A DNA stretch of 64,000 nt from an uncultured Nitrososphaerota archaeon (GTDB taxonomy: Archaea; Thermoproteota; Methanomethylicia; Nezhaarchaeales; B40-G2): the NCBI GenBank assembly GCA_964626365.1, contig CAZVDL010000005.1, positions 3,075 to 67,074 on the forward strand, written 5' to 3'. Every line of letters starts with the position of its first letter. Position 1 is the stretch's first letter. The translations under genes and the position numbers were made by a program. Positions 53,788 through 63,438 of this stretch are shown here, one piece after another. The notes under the pieces were generated by a model. It searched no databases. It was not told the DNA's origin and saw nothing but the letters and a program-made list of their open reading frames with translations.

Positions 53788-54570
53788 TTAGCCCGCCACT
53801 ATCGAGTACACTTTCTTGAGGAGCTCGACGACCTCCTCTACTCCCCTAACGTAAAACTTGGCAGTACTCCTCTTCTTAGCTCCGACCACCACAGTGATTC
53901 CCAGGTGCTTGAGCGCCTTAAACGCGGCCTCGTCGGTCTCATCGTCGCCTACATACACCGGCACACGGTCAGTTCCTCCAGCCTTACTGAGCAGCAATAG
54001 AGCCGCCTTACCTTTATCCCAGTCCACGTCCGGTAGTAGCTCTACCACCTTCTTGCCTCTCAATGCTCTTAGACCTTCGCTTGAAGCCAAGATGGCATTG
54101 AGTTCCCTAGCCACGCGCTTAACGTAACCTCTAGGCACTAACCTATAATGCACGGCTACGCTGAAGCCCTTATCTTCAATTAGGACCCCTGGGACCCCTG
54201 AAAGCCTATCGTTAAGCCTGTCTTTGACCTCCTCAACCGCCCTTCTAGCCTCGTCGAGCCCCTCAACCATAAACCTTAAGCCCGGCCCCTCTATGACCAT
54301 CCCGTGGAGGCCAGCATAGTAAGCTTCCTCCAGCCCCACTAAACCTTTCAGCTGGTCCAGCCCCCTACCGCTTATGATAGCCAGCTTAACCCACTTACTG
54401 AGGGCAAGCTTCCTAAGCAGCGCTTTAACGTCGCCACTTAACACCGCCTCTTCAGGCCTGCTAGCTATGGGGGTCAGGGTGCCGTCGTAATCTAGCATCA
54501 AGAACACGCCTAGCGAAGCCCTTAAGGTGCCCTCGACCTCAAGCCAATGCCTAAATAAGTACAGGGGCAT
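53788..54570 (-). CDS. otsB: Trehalose-6-phosphate phosphatase-like HAD-IIB hydrolase.
   Basis: An LMLDYDGTLTP motif I and GDDETDE motif IV, as in OtsB-type phosphatases. Confidence 0.7.
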   Translation of the reverse strand: MPLYLFRHWLEVEGTLRASLGVFLMLDYDGTLTPIASRPEEAVLSGDVKALLRKLALSKWVKLAIISGRGLDQLKGLVGLEEAYYAGLHGMVIEGPGLRFMVEGLDEARRAVEEVKDRLNDRLSGVPGVLIEDKGFSVAVHYRLVPRGYVKRVARELNAILASSEGLRALRGKKVVELLPDVDWDKGKAALLLLSKAGGTDRVPVYVGDDETDEAAFKALKHLGITVVVGAKKRSTAKFYVRGVEEVVELLKKVYSIVAG

Positions 54571-54635
54571 CCTGTCAACCTTGCCCCCTCATTCCTAATA
54601 AAGCCTAAACAGAAAAAAAGAGGCGGAGTTTAAGG

Positions 54636-54827
54636 CTACTCGAACCTCGGCTTCTCGTCGGTCTTCTCATAGAATAGGAGACCACACTTACCACACACGT
54701 TTATGCTAGCTGAGACTGAGCGAGTCTTCCCTACCTTTAATAGCACAACTCCATACTTCACCGAGTCATTACCGCACCTAGGGCATTTGCCGAGGCTTAT
54801 TACAGGTTCCACATAGATTATATACAT
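54636..54827 (-). CDS. Small zinc-ribbon protein in an AT-richer segment.
   Basis: CPRCG ... CGKCG form a four-Cys ribbon in a 63 aa protein. Confidence 0.45.
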   Translation of the reverse strand: MYIIYVEPVISLGKCPRCGNDSVKYGVVLLKVGKTRSVSASINVCGKCGLLFYEKTDEKPRFE

Positions 54828-54900
54828 TTATAGAGTTTATATAGTTTTTCCTACAAGAAAAGCTAACTAACCTCTCTTTGTAACCCTCTGAGAGCCGTAG

Positions 54901-55287
54901 ATGAAGGTCTTGCTCAAGCTTAGGGAGCGTGGTGGTCGACTTTCAGGGCAGGCCTACTGGTATTTTGACGGAACGTGACATTCTTAGGAAGGTAGTGTCC
55001 ACGTGTAGGGACGCCATGAACGTCAAGGTGAAGGAGGCCACGTCTAAGCCCTAATCGCAGGGGGCCCCGACATGGACGTTGTGAGCGCGGCCACCTTAAT
55101 GACCTCTAAGGGGATTAAACGCCTCCCCCCGTGATTGAAGGTGGACAGCTACTAGGCATCTTGACCTTCACAGACCTCGTAAAACATCAGCCCGAGGTCA
55201 TAGACCTGCTGGAGAAGGAGGTTGCATCGGGCGAGCTGCTGTTACTGAGCCTACTAAAGTGGTTAAGGAAGAGGATGCTCTATACTT
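54901..55287 (+). pseudogene. Disrupted CBS-domain-pair gene, with a frameshift in a C6 homopolymer and an internal stop.
   Basis: Three frames carry consecutive CBS-like pieces: VVDFQGRPTGILTERDILRKVV, then MDVVSAATLMTSKGIKRLPP, then VIEGGQLLGILTFTDLVKH. The last junction sits at the cctcccccc run (a one-C change restores the frame). Confidence 0.45.
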
Positions 55288-56122
55288 AGGGCCGCATACG
55301 CCACGCGGCTAGCCATGCTAGTAACACGGTGGCCGAGGCCGCGATGGATAACGCACCTACAGGTAGACCTACGAGCCTATTTACGAGCACCGTGTACAGC
55401 ATTAGCCCAGCTAGAGCGTTCATCGTGCCGTGCATCACTGAGGATGGAACTACGCTGCCGCTCTTAAGCTTCAGAATCGACATCATCACTGACCATAGCA
55501 CGCAGAGAGCTACATAGGTAGCTAGCCCGAGCAGCCTTTGTTCAGGGTAGTTGTAGCCGAAAAATAGTATGAGAGGGGCGTGCCAGAGAGCCCACACTAC
55601 GCCCGCCGCTATCGCCGAGGTCCAGAAACCTACCCTAAGCCTAAGCTCGTCGAGCATTAAGCCCCTCCACCCTATCTCCTCGCCCAAGGCCACCGCGGCG
55701 TTGAGCGTAGCTCCAGCTAGAGCCCCTAGAGCTAGGAAGGCAGCTAGTAGCAAGTAGGGGTCTAAGGGAGGGGTCAAGCCTAGGCTACGGAAAACCAAGA
55801 CCGCTGGGTTGTATATGGGCAAGTCCAAGGCTAGGGCGTAGGTCACCCCCACCGCATACACCATGAAGGGGAGAGCTAAGCCCACAGCCGCCCACTTAAG
55901 ACACGACGGGCTCCACTTGAAGCCGTAGCCTCTCAGCCCCTCCAAGATAGGCTGGCCGCTTAGAGCTAGGGTCAAGGCGACAGCGAGGAGGGGGGTGAAC
56001 ATCCGGGGCAGGGCGAAGAGAGGAAAGATGTCGACGCGGCTTAGGTAGAAGGCCAAGTCTATGGCGTACGCCAACGAGAAGGACAGCGACACGAAGACTA
56101 CTACCCTCGAAGCCCCGCCCAT
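55286..56122 (-). CDS. CPBP-family (CAAX protease / Abi) intramembrane metalloprotease.
   Basis: EEIGWRGLM (the EExxxR motif) and a downstream conserved His/Asn within a polytopic membrane protein. Confidence 0.75.
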   Translation of the reverse strand: MGGASRVVVFVSLSFSLAYAIDLAFYLSRVDIFPLFALPRMFTPLLAVALTLALSGQPILEGLRGYGFKWSPSCLKWAAVGLALPFMVYAVGVTYALALDLPIYNPAVLVFRSLGLTPPLDPYLLLAAFLALGALAGATLNAAVALGEEIGWRGLMLDELRLRVGFWTSAIAAGVVWALWHAPLILFFGYNYPEQRLLGLATYVALCVLWSVMMSILKLKSGSVVPSSVMHGTMNALAGLMLYTVLVNRLVGLPVGALSIAASATVLLAWLAAWRMRP

Positions 56123-56252
56123 GCAGGTCTATGTAGATAGGCGTAGAGGGCTCTTAAAAAGCTCCCTAGGCTCAGCATCGTGTCCTTAAAGCTCGTGAGC
56201 TGGCGCCATGGCTTAGGCAGACCCAGCTTGCCAGGTCAAGGTCAGAAGGGCA

Positions 56253-56279
56253 CCCTTTCTCCCACCTAAGGAGAAAGGG
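56253..56279. repeat. A perfect 10-bp inverted repeat (ccctttctcc N7 ggagaaaggg) upstream of the recombinase gene, a candidate recombination or regulatory site.
   Basis: Read directly from the sequence. The arms are exact reverse complements. Confidence 0.5.
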
Positions 56280-56454
56280 GTCTTACGTGGTGGAAGCGTC
56301 TATACTTTATGGTAATAATGGGGCCTGAAATTTTGACCAAGTCCTCTCGTTGGCCGACCGCCGTGAACCTGGGGGCAAGGCCTTAAGTGTCCAGCTAGCC
56401 GTTAAAGTTATTGAGCCGAGTGCGCCTAAGTCGCATTGTTGCAAGGTGGGCTTT

Positions 56455-57069
56455 GTGAAACCTGTCGTCGCGTATCTTAGAGTGAGTACCGAGGAGCAAA
56501 GCCTAGAAAATCAGCGGCTAGCGGTTGAGCAGTGGGCTAAGGAGAACGGGTACCTCGTCATCAGGTACTACGAGGACCAAGCTAAGAGCGGCGCCATACC
56601 CCCCTTAAGGAGGGATGGCTTTAGGCAGTTGATCGAGGACATACCTAGGCTTAACCCTAGGCCGGTAGCGGTGCTAACCTACGAGCTCAGCAGGGTGGGG
56701 AGGACGTTTTACGAAACCTTAGAGGCCATTAGCTCGCTGGAAGCCCTCGGAGCCCCCCTCATAAGCATTAGCCCTAAGGAGGGCTTCCTTCAAACTCTCG
56801 ATCCGTCCATCAGGAAGCTGATACTGGCCATACTAACATGGGTAGCTGAGCGCGAACGCGACTTAATCTCGCAGCGAACCAAGGAGGGGATGAGGAGGGC
56901 TAAGCATGAGGGTAAGAGGGTGGGTAGGCCTAGAAAGGAGGTTTCAAGGGTGAGGGTGGAGGAATACCTGCGTAAGGGCCTAAGCCTCTCAGCCATCAGT
57001 AAGATCTTAGGGGTATCTACTAAAACGCTGAAACGGAGGCTGGCGGAGTGGTCCTTAACCACCAAGTAG
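56455..57069 (+). CDS. Resolvase/invertase-type serine recombinase (N-terminal catalytic domain, C-terminal HTH).
   Basis: VAYLRVSTEEQ carries the catalytic Ser in its canonical context, with GRPRK and a C-terminal HTH (LSLSAISKILGVSTKTLKRRL). The start is taken at GTG 56455; the ORF track extends to 56350. Confidence 0.75.
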   Translation: MKPVVAYLRVSTEEQSLENQRLAVEQWAKENGYLVIRYYEDQAKSGAIPPLRRDGFRQLIEDIPRLNPRPVAVLTYELSRVGRTFYETLEAISSLEALGAPLISISPKEGFLQTLDPSIRKLILAILTWVAERERDLISQRTKEGMRRAKHEGKRVGRPRKEVSRVRVEEYLRKGLSLSAISKILGVSTKTLKRRLAEWSLTTK

Positions 57070-57303
57070 AAGCTGCATAGCAATGATCCAGGAAGCGAGG
57101 CGGCTAAGAGCGTGTGAACCTCAGCTCGAACCTCACGGACGCGGAGGATGTTCGGCGGTCTACGCCTTCTATTCTCATCTAGTCCGGCTTCTTCACGAGT
57201 GGGGGTTTTTAAAGTCGGAGAGCTTGCTTCTTAGCCTCTAGCTCAAATAGGCTGCTCTTTCAGGTTCTCTAGGGATGCTCCCAGGAATACGCGTGTATTA
57301 CCA

Positions 57304-58350
57304 TTAGATCAGCGAAGCCCACCTAGCGCCGCTCCTAGTTATAGGCCCCACTATGTTTAGCTGAAAGCCGCAGTTAGCGCACCTAGAACCCTCCTCCACC
57401 CTCCACGAGGCGAGGTAGAAGCTGTACCTCTCAATGACCAGCTGGCCGCAATTGGGACAATACGTGTGCTCCAGCTTGTGCCCAGGCACGTTGCCTATGT
57501 AAACGTGCTTTAAGCCGGCGTCCATGGCCTTCTCGGCTGCGGCTTCCAGCGTGCTCAACGGGGTTGAGGGCACATCGATTAGCTGATAGTCGGGGTGGAA
57601 CCTTAAAATGTGGAAGGGCGTGTAGGGGCCTAACACTTCCTTTATCCTCGAGGCAAGCCCGTAGACGTCGTCCAGGTTATCGCCGTACTTAGTGACTATG
57701 AGGTCAGTGACCTCCACGAATATCCCTGAGGCCTTCATCTCCCTTAAGGTCTCGAAGATGGGCTCCGGGCTGGGAACCGACATAAACTCTCGGTAGAAGG
57801 AGGGGTTGCCCGAGGCCTTGAAGTCTACGGTGGCCGCGTCTAGGTAGGGCGCTATCGCCTTGACGGCCTCGGGGGTCATGTAGCCGTTGGTGACGAAGGT
57901 ATTGAAGAGCCCCCTCTCCTTAGCCAGCTTGGCTGAGTCATAGGCGTACTCGAAGAATATCGTGGGCTCGGTGTACGTGTAGCTAATCCCCTCGCACCTG
58001 TGTTTAACCGCCTGCTCCACTAACTGCTCGGGTGGCAGGTTCTTCCCTATAACCTCCTCCTCCTGGCTAATCACCCAGTTATCGCAGAAGCGGCATCGAA
58101 AGTTACAGCCTATAGTGGCCACGGAGAACACGGCGGAGCCCGGGCGGTAGTGGTACAGCGGCTTCTTCTCTATGGGGTCTACGTTGGCGGCTATGGCCTT
58201 ACCGTAGACTAGGCTGTAGAGCCTGCCCTCCTTATTGCGCCTCACTCTACAAAAGCCCGTAGAGCCCTCGGGTACTGTGCAGCGCCTATGGCAAAGATTG
58301 CACCTAACCTTCCCTCCACCCAGCTCCTCGTATAACATAGCTTCCTTCAA
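57304..58350 (-). CDS. AmmeMemoRadiSam-system radical SAM enzyme (PFL-activase-like).
   Basis: A CNFRCRFCDNW radical SAM triad, an N-terminal CNLCHRRC and C-terminal CPNCG...CANCG extra cysteines typical of this family. Confidence 0.75.
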   Translation of the reverse strand: MKEAMLYEELGGGKVRCNLCHRRCTVPEGSTGFCRVRRNKEGRLYSLVYGKAIAANVDPIEKKPLYHYRPGSAVFSVATIGCNFRCRFCDNWVISQEEEVIGKNLPPEQLVEQAVKHRCEGISYTYTEPTIFFEYAYDSAKLAKERGLFNTFVTNGYMTPEAVKAIAPYLDAATVDFKASGNPSFYREFMSVPSPEPIFETLREMKASGIFVEVTDLIVTKYGDNLDDVYGLASRIKEVLGPYTPFHILRFHPDYQLIDVPSTPLSTLEAAAEKAMDAGLKHVYIGNVPGHKLEHTYCPNCGQLVIERYSFYLASWRVEEGSRCANCGFQLNIVGPITRSGARWASLI

Positions 58351-58515
58351 ATCCTAGCCCCAAGCTAAGTTAGCCTACGTGGTTTAAACGGTTTTGGTTA
58401 AAGGCTCCTCGGCTAAGGCTTAAAAACCCCCCATTCAACCCTAAACTGAGGCTCAACTACATCTCGGCGCGCCTTCCACCTCTCCAAGGAAGAATACACC
58501 GCGAGGTGTTTAGCG

Positions 58516-59616
58516 TTGGTGTACCTGGTAGTCACCCACGGGACGAGCTCCATAGATCTATACAGCGTCAGGCTCGCCAATTACCTGAAGGTGCCGCTGC
58601 TCCACACCGACATCTACCAGCGCATTAGGAGACTCTTCAATAAGCCGCTCCTAAGCCCCTACCTCTTCGAGGGCTTCATGTTGCTAAAGGACTTCGTTAA
58701 GAGGCTACGCGAGACACCTGGCATACCCCACCTACCCAACCACCACCTAGGTAGGTTCGGCTACTTTCTAGGCAAGCCCTTCATTATAACCGTCCACGAC
58801 TTAATGAGGTACCTAGACCTTGTAGGAGGCGGGCCCTGCTTAATCCGTAAGCCCAACCTACAGGACGCACTGTGGCTACACCTCGACTACCTCGGTGCCG
58901 TCAAGGCGGCTAAAATAGTCGTCCCCTCCAATCACACTAAGAACGACCTCGTAAGGTACCTTAAGGTGCCCGAGGAGAAGGTGGTGGTCATATACCACGG
59001 CATCGACGAGGCCTTCAAGCCCGTGGAGGGCCCTAGGCCCTGCGAGGAGCCCTACGTGCTCTATGTAGGCTCAGAACACCCCAGAAAAAACCTAGCAACG
59101 CTACTTAAAGCCTTCAAGCTGTTGAAGCAGGACCCCAAGTTTAGGGAGCTGAAGCTCGTTAAGGCCGGCCCCGCGGGCGGGGAGGAGAAGAGCTTTAGGA
59201 GCGACACCATGTCCGTGGTCGAGGCCCTAGGCCTAAAGGGCGACGTGATCTTCGTGGATAGGTGGTTAAGCGTGGAGGAGCTCGCCGCGCTCTATAGTCA
59301 GGCTGAGCTCTTTGCTTTCCCGTCTATCTATGAGGGTTTTGGCTGGCCTCCACTTGAAGCTATGGCCTGTGGCTGCCCAGTAATAGCATCAAACACCACC
59401 AGCCTGCCTGAGGTGCTGGGCGACGCAGCCATGTACGCGGACCCAGCCAGCCCTGAAGCCTGGGCTGAGGCCATGGAGCGCGTGCTGACTGACGATAGGC
59501 TCCGCAGAAAGCTGGCGTCCATGGGGCTGGAGAGGGCTAAGCAGTTCACTTGGAGGAGAGCGGCTGAGCAGCTGCTTAGGGTGTATGAGGAGGTGGAGGA
59601 GCTCTACGGGGCTTAG
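58516..59616 (+). CDS. GT4-family glycosyltransferase.
   Basis: A C-terminal EGFGWPPLEAMACGCPVIASN signature. Codon usage is AT-richer than neighbours. Confidence 0.8.
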   Translation: MVYLVVTHGTSSIDLYSVRLANYLKVPLLHTDIYQRIRRLFNKPLLSPYLFEGFMLLKDFVKRLRETPGIPHLPNHHLGRFGYFLGKPFIITVHDLMRYLDLVGGGPCLIRKPNLQDALWLHLDYLGAVKAAKIVVPSNHTKNDLVRYLKVPEEKVVVIYHGIDEAFKPVEGPRPCEEPYVLYVGSEHPRKNLATLLKAFKLLKQDPKFRELKLVKAGPAGGEEKSFRSDTMSVVEALGLKGDVIFVDRWLSVEELAALYSQAELFAFPSIYEGFGWPPLEAMACGCPVIASNTTSLPEVLGDAAMYADPASPEAWAEAMERVLTDDRLRRKLASMGLERAKQFTWRRAAEQLLRVYEEVEELYGA

Positions 59617-60259
59617 GCTTGTACTCGCTTGGCGCAGCCTGCTTCACGGTCCTCCAAGTCCTCCTAACGCAGTCGGGGAGCGAGCCATGCTCCTCGTAGT
59701 AACGGCGGATCCATTCCTCAGTCTTACGGTCTGAGGGGTAGCCACTGCCAAAATCGCCTAGCCGTCTCTTAAGTTCGTCTATGTGTCGGTCCCTAAGCAC
59801 CTTAGCTACTATGGACGCCGCCGAACACTCAACAAACTTCTCGTCGGCGTCGTGCTCGAGTATAAGCTCAGCTTCGGGACAAGCCTCCCTCACAGCGCCC
59901 TCCACGAGCCTCCTAGGACCGAAGAGATCGACCACCACTCTAGCCACCTCGTAGCCCTGAACCCTAAGCTTCACGACCAGCAGCTTCAAGGCCTTCTTGA
60001 CCGCCTCAGCCTCGGCCAGGTTTAAGTTCATGGAGTCTATGACGCTGGGCTCGATGGCCACGACCTCTACGGCGGCCGCCAGCTTCTTTATGGTAGCCGC
60101 TAGCTCCTCCCTCCTAGCTCTAGTCAGCTTCTTGCTGTCCACCACCCCCATGTAGCGTAGGCTGTCTAAGTCCTCCTCCTTAAAGGCGGCGGCCGCCACG
60201 AAGAGGCAGCCAATAGCGCAGCCTCTGCCAGCCTCGTCTACACCAATGGACACCCTCAA
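59576..60259 (-). CDS. rnhB: Ribonuclease HII.
   Basis: A GVDEAGRG catalytic motif and the RNase HII fold pattern. Confidence 0.9.
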   Translation of the reverse strand: MRVSIGVDEAGRGCAIGCLFVAAAAFKEEDLDSLRYMGVVDSKKLTRARREELAATIKKLAAAVEVVAIEPSVIDSMNLNLAEAEAVKKALKLLVVKLRVQGYEVARVVVDLFGPRRLVEGAVREACPEAELILEHDADEKFVECSAASIVAKVLRDRHIDELKRRLGDFGSGYPSDRKTEEWIRRYYEEHGSLPDCVRRTWRTVKQAAPSEYKPKPRRAPPPPHTP

Positions 60260-60323
60260 CGTAAGCTACCTTTTTAAGGTGAGCAGGCCACCACCCCTTT
60301 AAGCTTAGCCTCGAGGGGTCTTA

Positions 60324-60860
60324 TTGGCCGAGTTCCGATGCTTAGGCTGTGCTCGCTGTTGTTCAAGCCTCTTAGTGCCGGTTACGAGAGTCGACCTAGC
60401 TAGGTGGATAGCCGTGGGGAGGTTCGACGTGGCGGCCTCCGTGGTGGAGGTGAGAGGGCTGGAGGCCTTAAGGTTCGGCTCCACGCTGATATACGCCCTA
60501 CCGCACGACGAAAGGGGCAGATGTCTCTACCTCGTCGATGGGAGGTGCTCGATCTACAAGGTTAAGCCGCTGGTATGCGACATCTTCCCCTTCGCCTACG
60601 ACCACGCTGCCGATAGGCTTGACCTACACCCTTGGGCCCTAGCCAGGTGCGAGGCTATAGCTAAGGGCTTCTCTGAGGTTAGGGTAGAGGAGAGGGGGAG
60701 GCTCCTAGCTGAGGCTAGAACTGTTTCAAGGGAGCTTAGGAGGGTCGATGAGGTTAAGGGGGAGTACGAGCAGCTCATCGAGGAGGCGCGTAGGAGGGCG
60801 GGCAGAACCCTCAACACGCTAAGCGCTCGACACAAGCCTAGCCCATTCCTCGGCCTTTGA
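60324..60860 (+). CDS. YkgJ-family (PF03692) CxxCxxCC domain protein, a second paralog.
   Basis: An N-terminal CLGCARCC motif. The start is TTG. Confidence 0.65.
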   Translation: MAEFRCLGCARCCSSLLVPVTRVDLARWIAVGRFDVAASVVEVRGLEALRFGSTLIYALPHDERGRCLYLVDGRCSIYKVKPLVCDIFPFAYDHAADRLDLHPWALARCEAIAKGFSEVRVEERGRLLAEARTVSRELRRVDEVKGEYEQLIEEARRRAGRTLNTLSARHKPSPFLGL

Positions 60861-61121
60861 TCTACCATAAGCCTTTTCCACAGCCTCCACGTCCACGAGT
60901 TTGCCCGCGTCCTCCCTGCCCAGGGCGTCGATGACGGCGCGAGCCGCATCCTCGAAGCTAAGCCCGCTGACACTGGCCACCTCGAAGACGCCGCTCGCTA
61001 GGTCGCGGAGGTTTTCATACACCGCCTCGCTTGGAAGGCCTGAGGACTTGAGGGCCTCTAGGACCTCCTTAAGCTGCCTTAGCAGGGAGTCCACTATATC
61101 CCTCCTAAGGTAGGCGGGCAT
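60819..61121 (-). CDS. Hypothetical small protein.
   Basis: An ORF with typical codon usage and no motif. It partly overlaps the 3' end of the YkgJ gene. Confidence 0.35.
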   Translation of the reverse strand: MPAYLRRDIVDSLLRQLKEVLEALKSSGLPSEAVYENLRDLASGVFEVASVSGLSFEDAARAVIDALGREDAGKLVDVEAVEKAYGRSKAEEWARLVSSA

Positions 61122-61146
61122 ACCTTGAAGTTAGCGCCACTAAGGC

Positions 61147-62682
61147 TTAAAATTCTTCCAGCAGCGGGTAAACCTCTACCTCGCTTATACCTAGGCTTCT
61201 CCCAGCTTTCATGAGCTTCTTCCTACACTTCTTCATGACCACGGAGGCGTAGCTCTTAGGGACATAGATGGCCACTATGCCCTTCTCGTCTATCTCCACC
61301 CTGTACTCAGGTACATACCTCTTAACTATGTTCTCCACCACCCTCCTAGCCGCCTCCTTGCCCTTAGCCTCCCTCTTAACGGGCACGACGAACGTCTTCT
61401 CTCCGAACACGTACATCTCATACTCAGGCTCCTCGGTTAGGAAATCCCTAACCACGACGACCGGCCTAGCTAAGTCGGCCTCCCTTAGCCCGTGGGGGAC
61501 CTTGATGACCGTCTCAAGGGCGTACACTTTGTCCACCCTTCCGTCCTTTATGAAGATCACGGTGTCGATCACTGAGGGTATCATGCCGAGCTCGACCCTG
61601 CCCACGAAGCGCTGGATGGCATCTATAGGCGTGGTTGCGTGCACCACGCCCACCATGCCCACGCCGGCCAGCCTAAGGTCCGCGAAGAGCTTGAAGTCCT
61701 CGGTGTCCCTCATCTCGTCGAAGATCGTGTAGTCGGGCCTGCTAAGCAGCAATACGTCGTGTATCTCCTCGGAGGTCCCCTTAGACTTGGAGTACTGGGT
61801 GACCTCGCATGGGAGCTGTAAGTCCCTGGGGGCCTCCACCGTCTTGACCACCTTGCCCTTCCTTAAGTAGAACTCGGCCAGCGCCTGGGCGAAGGTGGTC
61901 TTCCCCATCCCCGGCGCGCCGGCTATGAGTATGCCTTCGGCCTGGGCCTCAAGCCTGTTGAGGAGCTTCTTGGGCAGGTTGTAGTCCTCGAGGCCCAACT
62001 TGACTATGGGCCTAACCGCGGTGAGCTCGAGGCCGTCGGAGAACGGCGGCTTAGTTATGACTATCCTGTAGGGGCCGAGCTGGACTATTGTGGAGCCCTC
62101 GCGGTCAGCCTCTATGAAGCCGTCCTCGAAGGTCCTAGCTCTCTCTAAGACCTCCTCAATGAGGCTTTCGAGCTCAGCTCTACTAAAGGGCCACTCCCTG
62201 ATGGTCTCGAACACCCATTTACCGGGGGCTCCACGCTTAACCCTGGGCGGCATGCCCTCCTTGATGTGCACCGACATTACGTCGCCGCTCTCGAAGAACT
62301 CCTCGAGCTTAAGCCTACCTGAAGGCTTCTCGTAAAGCACCCTAATGCCTAGGGCCTCCGCCGTCTTCGCCACCACGTAGTCGCAGGTCACTAGGACAGC
62401 GTCCAGGGAGGCCGCCTTGCTCCTAACCTTCATGTTCAGCTCCTCCACATCCCTAGCTCCACCTCTACCCGTCAACTTGACGTCTACGCCGCACTTTACG
62501 GCGGTTTCCCTAAGCCTCCTGACCTCCTCGAGCCCCCTAAAGTCGCCCATGGCAGCTCTGCGCTCGAACTCCGAGATTATGCCTCTATGTAGCAGTATTT
62601 CCCCGCTAATCCTACCTTCCTCTACCAGCCTAGTTACGGCTCCAGACCTTATAGCTGAGAGATCGGGAATGAACCTATCCAT
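61147..62682 (-). CDS. PilT-family ATPase with PIN and KH domains (COG1855).
   Basis: An N-terminal PIN-like domain, a Walker A GAPGMGKTT motif and a C-terminal KH-like region. Confidence 0.8.
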   Translation of the reverse strand: MDRFIPDLSAIRSGAVTRLVEEGRISGEILLHRGIISEFERRAAMGDFRGLEEVRRLRETAVKCGVDVKLTGRGGARDVEELNMKVRSKAASLDAVLVTCDYVVAKTAEALGIRVLYEKPSGRLKLEEFFESGDVMSVHIKEGMPPRVKRGAPGKWVFETIREWPFSRAELESLIEEVLERARTFEDGFIEADREGSTIVQLGPYRIVITKPPFSDGLELTAVRPIVKLGLEDYNLPKKLLNRLEAQAEGILIAGAPGMGKTTFAQALAEFYLRKGKVVKTVEAPRDLQLPCEVTQYSKSKGTSEEIHDVLLLSRPDYTIFDEMRDTEDFKLFADLRLAGVGMVGVVHATTPIDAIQRFVGRVELGMIPSVIDTVIFIKDGRVDKVYALETVIKVPHGLREADLARPVVVVRDFLTEEPEYEMYVFGEKTFVVPVKREAKGKEAARRVVENIVKRYVPEYRVEIDEKGIVAIYVPKSYASVVMKKCRKKLMKAGRSLGISEVEVYPLLEEF

Positions 62683-62805
62683 CTTCCACGTACTACCCTC
62701 TTTCCTTTTTAGCCACTGACCTCTGGGCTAGGCCGATATAAAGGTTTCCTATCATCGAGACCTCGAAGCTTTTTCAGGAAGCTGGCCTCGCTTTAAGCGA
62801 GCACT

Positions 62806-63438
62806 ATGAGCCCAGCGGTGCTAGGCGTCGATCTAGCTGGCAGTGAAAGAAGACCTACAGGGCTATGCCTGCTGAGGGGGCTTAAAGTAGAGCTGGGCAT
62901 AGCTTGGACCGACCGTGAGATCGTGGAAGCGGCGGTTAAAGGGGCCGCCGACCTCATAGCCATAGACGCCCCCTTAAGCCTACCTAGAGGTAGGCGGAGT
63001 CTGGAGGAGCATAGCCCCCACCATTTAAGGGAATGCGACAGGGAGCTCCTTAAGCGTAGGATAAAGTTCTTTCCCGTCACCCTGGGGCCCATGAGGAAGC
63101 TTACAGCTAGGGGGATGAGGTTGAAGGCTGAGCTGGAGAGCCTAGGCTTCAAGGTCATCGAGGTCTACCCTGGAGGAGCACAAGACGTGCTGGGCATACC
63201 TAGGAAGAGCGAGGGCAAGGATAAGCTGTATGAGGGGCTCGCTAAGCTAGGCCTGGAAGGGCTTAAGCCCGACGCCTCGGACCACGAGCTCGACGCCGTA
63301 ACCGCGGCTATAGTGGGAGCTCTCTACCTGCTGGGCCTACACGAGGACTACGGCGACCCTAAGGAGGGGATCATAGTGATGCCCAAGCAGGGCTTAACGT
63401 CGGAGCTCCTAGCATCAAAGCTCAGGACTCTAGCTTAG
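62806..63438 (+). CDS. DUF429-family protein (predicted RNase-H-fold nuclease).
   Basis: LGVDLAGSERRPTGLCLL...IAIDAPLSLP is the conserved N-terminus of DUF429. Confidence 0.6.
   Translation: MSPAVLGVDLAGSERRPTGLCLLRGLKVELGIAWTDREIVEAAVKGAADLIAIDAPLSLPRGRRSLEEHSPHHLRECDRELLKRRIKFFPVTLGPMRKLTARGMRLKAELESLGFKVIEVYPGGAQDVLGIPRKSEGKDKLYEGLAKLGLEGLKPDASDHELDAVTAAIVGALYLLGLHEDYGDPKEGIIVMPKQGLTSELLASKLRTLA

Noticed and set aside
57085-57180. A tRNA-like fragment or integration target next to the recombinase (TCGAACC, rev-comp GGTTCGA, in cagctcgaacctcac).
   Set aside because: No complementary T-stem, acceptor stem or anticodon arm could be folded on either strand. Only a short GAACCTCA direct repeat is present. 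I do not call a tRNA.
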